Source: Spirochaetia bacterium
GTDB taxonomy: Bacteria > Spirochaetota > Spirochaetia > SZUA-6 > Bin103
Direction of reading: 5' to 3'
NCBI GenBank assembly: GCA_965203515.1
Contig: OZ241907.1
Location: 4,071,235-4,135,234 of the forward strand
Length of the DNA: 64,000 nucleotides
Below, piece after piece: positions 18,602 to 26,310 of the stretch. The notes beneath the pieces are model-generated. The model was not told where the DNA came from. It saw nothing but the letters and a program-made list of their open reading frames with translations, and ran no database searches. The position numbers and the translations under genes were made by a program. Every line of letters starts with the position of its first letter. Position 1 is the first letter of the stretch.

Positions 18602-20092
18602 CTAGTCCGCCAGCTCCACCCGAAGCTGCTTGCCCGCCAGCGTCTGGCGCGCCCAATACAGGTTCTGGAATGGATCGTTGCCGGTCTCTGCCAGCTTGGC
18701 CGTGCCGGTCGCGGTGGTACCGCTGGCCGGCGCCGCGAAGGTCACGGCAGGGGCAACGAAGTAGCCGCGCCCCCCGTCCGTGACATCCACCGACGCTACG
18801 CCGTAGAGCACGACCGCGGTGCCGGCGGACGTGGTGCCGGCGCCCGGGGCCGCCGCAAAGGTCACGGCAGGGGCAGCGGTGTAGCCGCTCCCCCCGTCCG
18901 TGACATCGACCGACGCTACGCCGTAGAGCATGCTCGCGGTGCCGGCGGCCGTGGTGCCGCCGCTCGGCGCTGCCCCGAGGGCCACGGTGGGGGCTGACGT
19001 GTAGCCGCTCCCCCCGTTCGAGACCGTCACCGACGCTATGCCGGTTTGCAGTACCGCGGTGCCGTATGCCTGAAAGCCGGAGCCGCCAAAATTCGGGGCC
19101 GAAAACGAAACGGTAGGGGCTGACGTGTAGCCGCTCCCGTGGTTCGTGATCGTCACTGCGTGTACTTCGGTGCCTTGCCGAATTACGGTGCCGGTCGCCG
19201 TGGTGCCGCCGGAAGGCGCCGCGCCAAACGTCACGGATGGTTGTGTGGAATAAAAGCCCCCTCGGGCCGAAATATTCACTCGCGCTACGCCGCTTTGCCG
19301 CACCGCGGTGGCGACCGCACCGCTGCCGCCGCCTCCCGTAAACGTCACGGTAGGAACCGCCGTGTAGCCGCTCCCGGCGGTCGTAATCGTCACCGAATCG
19401 ACGACGCCGGACCCTACCTCGGCGGCGCCGGTTGCCGTGGTGCCGCCGTCCGGCGGCGCCCCGAACGTCACGGTTGGAGCCGTCGGGTAGCCGCTCCCGA
19501 CGGTCGTGATCGTCACCGAATCGACTCTGCCGGACCGTGCCGCGGTGCCGGTCGCCGCGGCGCCGCCGGGCGGCGGCGCCCCGAACGTCACGGTCGGGGC
19601 CGCCGTGTAGCCGCTTCCCGGGTTCGTGATCATGACGGATTCGACGAAGCCCAGGTTTTCCCTCTGATCCTTGGCGGCGAGCACCAGCACCAGTGCGCCC
19701 GCCCGGACCTCGGCGGAAACCGTCCACTCCGCGCCGGAGAGATCGGACGCGAAGACCGGCTTGGCGCTCGTGTTGGTGAACGGCAGCTCGTGCCCGCCAA
19801 TCGAAACCGTAACGCGCGCCTCGCCGCCGGTGAGCCGCTCCCAGGCATACGGCGCGGAACGGCTGGACGCGTCGCCCGTCAGGTCCGGTTCATCATCACC
19901 AAAGTCAGCCGCGCCGATCGTCCAGCGCTGCTCTACCGGAGCTGCCGGCTGCGGCGTTGGCGGCGGCTCGCTCGGCGGCTCCCCTTGGGCCGGGGCGGCG
20001 GGCGCGGCGGCCGGCCGCGCCGCCTGGGAACAGGCCATCAGCGCGGCGATGCCTACGGCCAGCAAAGAGATACCAACGATGCTCTTACCCAA
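18602..20092 (-). CDS. Predicted lipoprotein with 8 ~40-aa VxSVTxTxxGSGYTxxPxVTF repeats (surface fibre-like), copy A
   Basis: GGAGG RBS, TTG start, hydrophobic signal ending in ALMAC, Pro-rich tether, Thr/Ser/Gly-rich repeats, C-terminus [21 protein letters not shown]. Confidence 0.85.
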   Translation of the reverse strand: MGKSIVGISLLAVGIAALMACSQAARPAAAPAAPAQGEPPSEPPPTPQPAAPVEQRWTIGAADFGDDEPDLTGDASSRSAPYAWERLTGGEARVTVSIGGHELPFTNTSAKPVFASDLSGAEWTVSAEVRAGALVLVLAAKDQRENLGFVESVMITNPGSGYTAAPTVTFGAPPPGGAAATGTAARSGRVDSVTITTVGSGYPTAPTVTFGAPPDGGTTATGAAEVGSGVVDSVTITTAGSGYTAVPTVTFTGGGGSGAVATAVRQSGVARVNISARGGFYSTQPSVTFGAAPSGGTTATGTVIRQGTEVHAVTITNHGSGYTSAPTVSFSAPNFGGSGFQAYGTAVLQTGIASVTVSNGGSGYTSAPTVALGAAPSGGTTAAGTASMLYGVASVDVTDGGSGYTAAPAVTFAAAPGAGTTSAGTAVVLYGVASVDVTDGGRGYFVAPAVTFAAPASGTTATGTAKLAETGNDPFQNLYWARQTLAGKQLRVELAD

Positions 20093-20239
20093 GATTCCCC
20101 TCCGGCGGCGTGTCCGCCCCGTCGATCAGTCGATTCACGCCGGCCGCTGCCGGCGGCGGTCGGCCGACGTGCCGGACCGCGGGCATGGTAGCACGCGCTC
20201 CCAACGCCTGACGACCCCGCCCCCATCATCCAATCCAGC

Positions 20240-20329
20240 ATCATCCGGCGCGGCGTCACGGAGTGTGGTCACCAAGCCGAGGTCGGCGCGCGCCATCGCT
20301 TCCGCGGAGATGTTCGACGTGGTCGTCAT
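20240..20329 (-). pseudogene. Internally deleted vapB-like antitoxin remnant
   Basis: MTTTSNISAEAMAR joined directly to ADLGLVTTLRDA, matching both ends of the 23741-23964 gene. Confidence 0.7.
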
Positions 20330-20352
20330 GGATCGATGGTACCGGATGACGA

Positions 20353-20423
20353 ACGGAGGATGCCACTTGCCGTTGCTCCGCCGATCGGGCGGCGTGAGCG
20401 CCGCCGGCAGGAGTCGCCTGCTA
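20353..20423. repeat. ~70-bp dispersed repeat with several hairpins (second copy 23963-24033), upstream of the vapB remnants
   Basis: acggaggatgccacttgccgttgctccgccg(a/g)tcgggcggcgtgagc(g/t)ccgccggcaggagtcgcctgcta at both sites. Confidence 0.85.
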
Positions 20424-20532
20424 TGGGCGCGGCGAACGGGTAGTTCTCGGTCATGCCCTGGTGGAGCTGGCCGCGCCGCTGGCCGCGCTGGCCCGATTCC
20501 GCGAGAGCTTCGACGTAGCCGACCGCGATGGC

Positions 20533-20773
20533 ACCGCGGCCGGCACCGCGGTGCTGCAGGTCAGGGTCCGGTCAGTGACTCAGTGACGATCACGAACCCG
20601 GGACGCGGCTACCCGTCGGCCCCGACCGTGACCTTTTCGGCGCCGGCCAGCGGGACCACCGCTACCGGCACCGCGAAGCTGGCGTCGGGCGGCTTCGATC
20701 AGTACCAGAACCTGTATCGGGCGCGCCGAACGCTGAACGGCAAGCTGCTTCGGGTTCAGGTAGTGGAAGAGTG
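20533..20773 (+). pseudogene. Start-less, inverted C-terminal fragment of the repeat lipoprotein family
   Basis: Encodes [64 protein letters not shown], preceded by an out-of-frame TAAGTAVLQ piece. Confidence 0.85.
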
Positions 20774-20792
20774 AGCATCCACTGCTCTGCGT

Positions 20793-22775
20793 TTATCGCC
20801 GCAGTGACCGGGTCGCTCGTACTTTGGCCAATTCCCGGACGAACCGGGATTCGTCCGGCAACAACTCGATCGCCTTGCGATAGGCGGCTTCGACGTCGCC
20901 AGCCGGCAGCCGCAGCCAGTTGCAGGCGCGCGCGAGCTCGCGCCACGCCCAGGCATGGCGGGCGGGAGAAGCATCGAGCTGGATCACGCGCTCCAGGAGC
21001 GTCCGGGCCTCGGCAAGCAATCTTCGATTCGAGTCACGGCGCCGGTAGCGGTGAGCCTCTACCGCCAACCACAGTTTGGTCTGCGCGAATTCGAGCAGCG
21101 CTCGAGCGTCGGCATAGACCGCTTCTCCGGCGCGTTGGAAGTAACTGTGGGCGCCTCGCTCGTCCCTGGCGCGGCGTGCCAGAATAGCGGCGTCGATAGC
21201 GTCCTTGCCGGAAAGCAACGGGCGGCTCCGCATGAGCATGCGGCGCGCCTTTTCTCCCTCCCCCATGTCCACTAACGCCTCGATCATCCTGTTTTCGACG
21301 TACGGGACCGCGGTCTCCACTCCCTCGCTCTTGAAGTCGTCCAGGATTCCTTCGGCGCGGGCGAGGTCGCCGAGCGCCGCGTACGCGCCGATCAACTCCG
21401 CGGCGAGGAGCCCGGAACCGCGGTGATACTCCCACGCGGACTCGACGCGGCGCAGGGCTTCGGCCTGCTCGCCCAGCGCCCGCAGGTGCGCCGCGTCCCG
21501 CAGCGCGGACAGGGCGCCGTATTCCGGGTGGGCCGGCAGCGTGGCCTGAAACCAGGTGCGCTGCTCGTCGAACTCGAAGCGCGGCACCGGCGAACCATTG
21601 GCTTCCATCGTCTGGAACACCTTCGGCAACCCTGAGAGGCGTCCCTCCGCCAGCTTCAGTTCCTTCAGAAACTCCCCGATTCGCCGGTTGCGGGCCGGCG
21701 CCGCGCGCGCCTCGGCATTCGGCAGCAGATGACGTGCCTCGATTCCGGGAACCGGTCCGGGGTAGCTGATCATCTCGATACGGCTCGGAAACAGATAGAC
21801 CTTGGTGGGATCGGGCTGGTCGACGTCGTAGCCGCGGTGATACACCGCGTTGACGAGCGTCTCGCGCAGCGCCCGCATCGGATAGCTCACCCAGCCGCGC
21901 ACCTGGCTCCGATGCGGTTGCTTCTGCAGGTGGACGGTGGACAGGTTTTCGAGGTAGTTCAGACAGTCACGAAGCTGGTCTACGAGGCCGCCTTCGAAGA
22001 TGCGCTCTTCCTGAACGTCTCCGCCGCGGTCCGCGGCAAACTGCACCACTTCGATCCGGGCGCCGCGAAACCACCGTGTCGGGCGGCTCGAGAAGAACAA
22101 CAACGCCGCGTTCCGGGGCACCTCATGATCGTTGACTTTCATCGTGAGGCGCAGGCGCCGGTAGAGGTCGCGCTCGTCGGTCTCATCGGGGATCCCACTC
22201 CGGACGTCGCGCAGATACTCGCGGACCTTCGCTTCGCGCACGTCTTCGACCCGCGCGTCATGAGCACGGCGATCGTCCCACGGCACCCGCGCGGTCTGCT
22301 GCAGAAGCGCGGGCAGCAGGTTGCCGCGGCGCTCGGCGTCGACGGTCTCGGAGCCGAGGCGGACCCAGTAGCGCGCTGCGCCCTTGCCGCCGGGTGCGCG
22401 GTGCGGCTTGGTGTCGCTTGCCGGCGCCCAGACCACCAGGATGAGCCGACCCTCGACCGATTCCGGCGACAGGATGGGGAAGTACGGCGGATCGATCCGA
22501 TTGCAGTTGCCGCGAATCCATTGCTGCGCGGCCTCGACTTCTTCGGCGGACAGGCCGGCCGGCGGCAGCGCTGCCCGTCCGTCCCGCTCCGCAACCCCGA
22601 TCACTAGGTAGCCGCCGTTCAGGTTGTGAAAGTCGTTCGCGAACGCGCCGATCGTGCGCAGCACCTGCGGGCCGGTCGCGGCCGGGTCCCACGACGCCTT
22701 GAACTCCACTCGTTCGGACTCCACGCTACGGCAGTAGAGGAGATCGTCAAGGTTGACGGGGAGCATCGTGCTCAT
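20793..22775 (-). CDS. Schlafen/AlbA_2-domain protein with HATPase_c_4-like middle domain and TPR-like C-terminus
   Basis: ESERVEFK...IGAFAN...GGYLVIGV; LRETLVNAVYHRGY, RNRRIGEFL, EGRLSG; helical repeats ending AYRKAIELLP. Confidence 0.8.
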   Translation of the reverse strand: MSTMLPVNLDDLLYCRSVESERVEFKASWDPAATGPQVLRTIGAFANDFHNLNGGYLVIGVAERDGRAALPPAGLSAEEVEAAQQWIRGNCNRIDPPYFPILSPESVEGRLILVVWAPASDTKPHRAPGGKGAARYWVRLGSETVDAERRGNLLPALLQQTARVPWDDRRAHDARVEDVREAKVREYLRDVRSGIPDETDERDLYRRLRLTMKVNDHEVPRNAALLFFSSRPTRWFRGARIEVVQFAADRGGDVQEERIFEGGLVDQLRDCLNYLENLSTVHLQKQPHRSQVRGWVSYPMRALRETLVNAVYHRGYDVDQPDPTKVYLFPSRIEMISYPGPVPGIEARHLLPNAEARAAPARNRRIGEFLKELKLAEGRLSGLPKVFQTMEANGSPVPRFEFDEQRTWFQATLPAHPEYGALSALRDAAHLRALGEQAEALRRVESAWEYHRGSGLLAAELIGAYAALGDLARAEGILDDFKSEGVETAVPYVENRMIEALVDMGEGEKARRMLMRSRPLLSGKDAIDAAILARRARDERGAHSYFQRAGEAVYADARALLEFAQTKLWLAVEAHRYRRRDSNRRLLAEARTLLERVIQLDASPARHAWAWRELARACNWLRLPAGDVEAAYRKAIELLPDESRFVRELAKVRATRSLRR

Positions 22776-22920
22776 GGATACGTGCGCGCCATTCTACCGC
22801 AATCGGCCCATAGCGGCTTTACGCCGGCGCGTGGCGCACGGACCGGCGCAATGGTTTCCCGGTGCGAAGCCGGCCGGCGATCGCTTGCCACGCCGGGGCG
22901 CCGCCCTACCCTGCGTCACC

Positions 22921-23055
22921 ATGGCACCCGCACCGGATACCGGCGCCGCAGGCGCAATCGAGCTGTCCGACCGGCAGCTCGCCGATTACCGCAGCGACGG
23001 CTTCGTCGTGGTCGAGGACTTGGTCTCGGCGGCGGAATTGCGCGCCCTGCAGCAG
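22921..23055 (+). pseudogene. 5' remnant of a phytanoyl-CoA dioxygenase (PhyH) family gene
   Basis: LSDRQLADYRSDGFVVVEDLVSAAELRAL is a typical PhyH start; similarity stops at ~23055. Confidence 0.6.
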
Positions 23056-23465
23056 GTGTTGGGAGCCGCAGCGGCGCCCGCTGGTGCGGTCCACGTAGCG
23101 GCAGCGGCCTCGGTCGCGCCGCCAGACCTCGCGCTTGACCGCCGCCGGGATGTCGCGGCCGGTCAGCCCGTCTTCGCTGCCGAAGTCCGGGTCCGCGGCG
23201 GCGTAGCCGGCTGCGCGCACGCCGCAGCCTGCCGACCGAGGCGCCGCGTCTTCGCCGCCGAAGTTGCGTCGCCCCGCCGGCTTCGCTGCCGAAGTGTCCG
23301 GGCGGTCAGCGGCTTCGTCTCCGGGCTGCGCCGGCGCCTGAGCCGAACTTTCGCCGCCGAAGGAGCGGCGCTGTCCGCGCTGGCCTTCTGCTTCGCTGCG
23401 AAGCGGCGCCGCGAGCCGAGGCCGCCTGCGTCTTCGCCGCCGAAGTTTGCTCGGCGGCGCCGCAC
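23047..23465 (-). pseudogene. Remnant of an HNH endonuclease gene
   Basis: RDIPAAVKREVWRRDRGRCRYVDRTSGRRCGSQHLLQ, cut off before the DH motif; low-complexity TSAAK linker upstream. Confidence 0.7.
23172..23445. repeat. Six short palindromic repeats CTTCG-c(t/c)gc-CGAAG
   Basis: Copies at ~23172, 23250, 23281, 23349, 23391 and 23432. Confidence 0.75.
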
Positions 23466-23493
23466 CGCGGCCGGTCAGTCCCGGATTCGGCCG

Positions 23494-23757
23494 CTACGCG
23501 ACCAGAGCGACGACCGGTGCCAACACGGTGCCGGCGAGCGACCGTTGCAGGCGCCCGTCGAACGTTGCCAAGCGGCCGCCGCGCCGCGAAGCCAGCGCCG
23601 CCAGATGGAAATCGGCGACCTGTCGGTGGCCGTGCAGGCGAGATGCCGCTGCAGCATCCAAGCCGTTCCGCAGCGAAACATCGTCCGGCCAGAACGTGTG
23701 GCCGCCCGAACTACAGAACCGTACCAGCCGTTCGACCACTTCACGAATCGGCGTCAC
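23494..23757 (-). pseudogene. vapC: C-terminal half of a VapC PIN-domain toxin
   Basis: HTFWPDD...HRQVADFHLAALA...GRLATFD; the N-terminal LLDxN half is missing. Confidence 0.75.
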
Positions 23758-23964
23758 GGAGCGAGTTCACCAAGCCGAGGTCGGCGGCTTCACCGTCGCG
23801 GGAGGGAAACAGCGGCACTCCGTTCCGTACCGGCGGCGCTTCTTCCGGCTGCCGCGCCGTCAGTATCAGCTCGGAGGCGATCTCGCCGAGCGTGCCACCG
23901 CGCGTAGCGCGAGTTGGCGCACGCGCGCCATCGCTTCCGCGGAGATGTTCAACGTGGTCGTCAC
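23741..23964 (-). pseudogene. vapB: VapB-like ribbon-helix-helix antitoxin with a 1-nt frameshift
   Basis: VTTTLNISAEAMARVRQLA, frameshift, then GTLGEIASELI...RNGVPLFP...LVNSLRD*; 224 nt. Confidence 0.7.
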
Positions 23965-24071
23965 GGAGGATGCCACTTGCCGTTGCTCCGCCGGTCGGGC
24001 GGCGTGAGCTCCGCCGGCAGGAGTCGCCTGCTACTCAGGCTGGTGGAAGCTCCCGGTCAGCAGCCGCTGTC

Positions 24072-26278
24072 CTAGTCCGCCAGCTCGACCAGAAGCTGCT
24101 TGCCGGCCAGCGTCTGGCGCGCCCAATACAGGTTCTGGTATTGATCGTAGCCGCCCTCCGCCAGCTTGGCCGTGCCGGTCGCACGGGTGCCGCTGGCCGG
24201 CGCCGCAAAGGTCACGGTCGGGGCAGCGGTGTAACCGCTCCCACCGTTGGTGACCGTCACCGAGGTTACGCCGGTTCGCAGCACCGCGGTGCCGGCGGCC
24301 GTGGTGCCGCCACTCGGCGCCGCCGCGAAGGTCACGGTTGGGGCGGAGGCGTAGCCGCTTCCTCCGTTCGTGACGGTCACCGACGCTACGCCGTAGCGCA
24401 TGTCCGCGGTACCGGCGGCCGTGGCGCCGCCGCTCGGCGCTGCCGCGAAGGTCACGGTCGGGGGCGAGGTGTAGCCGCTCCCGCCGTTCGTGACGGTCAC
24501 CGACGCTACGCCGTAGCGCAGCGCCGCGGTGCCGGTTGCGGTGGTGCCGCCGCCCGGCGCTGCTCCGAAGGTCACGGTCGGGACGGAGGTGTAGCCGCTC
24601 CCCCGGTTCGTGACCGTCACCGACGCCACGCCGCTTTGCAGCACCGCGGTTCCGGTCGCCGTGAACCGCGTGACCGTCGCGGCCGAAAACGTCACGGAAG
24701 GGGCGGCCGTGTAGCCGCTCCCCGGGGTCATGATCGTCACGGCCTCTATTCTGGTTCTTCCCAGAGTCGCGGTGCCGGCCGCACCGCTGCCCCCTCCTCC
24801 CGAAAACGTCACGGAAGGGGCCGAGGCGTAGCCGCTCCCTCCGTTCGTGACGGTTACGGAACTCACCGGACCGCCACTTATCACCGCGGTGCCGGCCGCA
24901 CCGCTGCCCCCTCCTCCCGAAAACGTGACGGAAGGGGCGGAGGTGTAGCCGCTCCCCCCGTTCGTGACGGTTACGGAAGACACTTGACCGCCGCTTCTCA
25001 CCGCGGTGCCGGCCGCACCGCTGCCCCCTCCTCCCGAAAACGTGACGGAAGGGGCGGAGGTGTAGCCGCTCCCTCCGTTCGTGACGGTTACGGAAGACAC
25101 TTGACCGCCACTTATCACCACTGTGCCGGTTGCCCGGGTGCCACCGGACGGCGGCGCGCCAAAGGTAACGGTTGGGACAGACGTGTAACCGCTCCCCAAG
25201 TTCGACATCTGCACAAGGATAACTTCGGATCGCCGCGTTGCGGTGCCGGTCGCCGTAGTGCCGCCGGGCGGCGGCGCCCCAAACGTCACGCTGGGGTCAG
25301 AGGTATAGGTATTCCCCCGGTCCGTGATCGTCACTGACGCTACGCCGGATTGCCGCACCGCGGAGGCGGCCGCACCGCCGCCGCTTCCTCCGCCCGAAAA
25401 CGTCACCGCAGGGTCCGCCGTATAGCCGCTCCCCGCGGTTCCGACCGTCACGGAATCGACGTACCCGGACCCCACCGCGGCGCCGGCGGCCGTGGTGCCG
25501 CCGGACGGCGCCGCCCCGAACGTCACGCTGGGAACGGAGGTGTAGCCGCTCCCGGCGGTTCCGACCGTCACGGAATCGACGGTACCGGACCCCACCGCGG
25601 CGCCGGTTGCCGTGGTGCCGCCGGACGGCGGCGCCGAAAAGGTGACGTTGGGAACCGAGGTGTAGCCGCTCCCGGCGGTCGTAATCGTCACGGAGTCGAC
25701 GTACCGGGACCCCGTTGCGGTGCCGGTTGCGGTGGCGCCGCCGGACGGCGGGGCCGAAAAGGTCACGGTCGGGTCTGTCGTGTAGCCGCTCCCGGGGTTC
25801 GTGATGGTGACCGACGCAACCGTGTCGCCGGCGCCCGACTGATCGGGGGCGGTGAGCACCAGCACCACTTCCCCCGCCCTCACCTCGGCGGCAACCGTCC
25901 ACTCCGCGCCGGAGATATCGGACGCGAAGACCGGCTTGGCGCTCGTGCTGGTGAACGGCAGCTCACGTCCGCCAATCGAAACGCGCACGCCGCCGGCGGT
26001 GACCCGCTCCCAGGCATACGGCGCGGAACGGTTGGACACTGCGCCTGTCAGGTTCAGTTCATCATTGCCAAAGTCAGCCGCGCCGATCGTCCAGCGCTTC
26101 TCTGCCGGCGCTGCCGGCTGCGGGGTTGGCGCCGGGTCGCTCGGCGGCTCCCCCCCCCCCCCCCCCCCCCTTGGGCCGGGTCGGCGGGCGCAACGGCCGG
26201 GCGCGCCGCCTGGGAACAGGCCATCAGCGCGGCGATGCCGGCGGCCAGCAACAGAGATACCAGCGATGCTCTACCCAA
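24072..26278 (-). CDS. Predicted repeat lipoprotein copy B (14 repeats), frameshifted at a G21 tract
   Basis: TTG 26278 with the same leader and ALMAC lipobox as copy A. After the tract, [12 protein letters not shown]...[10 protein letters not shown] matches copy A but lies in another frame. Confidence 0.85.
26150..26170 (-). repeat. Homopolymer G21 (C21 on + strand) inside lipoprotein B
   Basis: 21 consecutive C; the equivalent site in copy A has 4. Confidence 0.9.
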
Positions 26279-26310
26279 GATTTCCCTCCGGCGGCGTGTC
26301 CGCCCGTCGA

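Noticed and set aside
20533..20773. Diversity-generating retroelement template for the lipoprotein C-termini
   Set aside because: No reverse transcriptase in the window, and the differences are not restricted to adenines.
23172..23445. CRISPR array interpretation of the palindromic repeats
   Set aside because: Repeats are only ~14 bp, spacing is irregular, and no cas genes are present.
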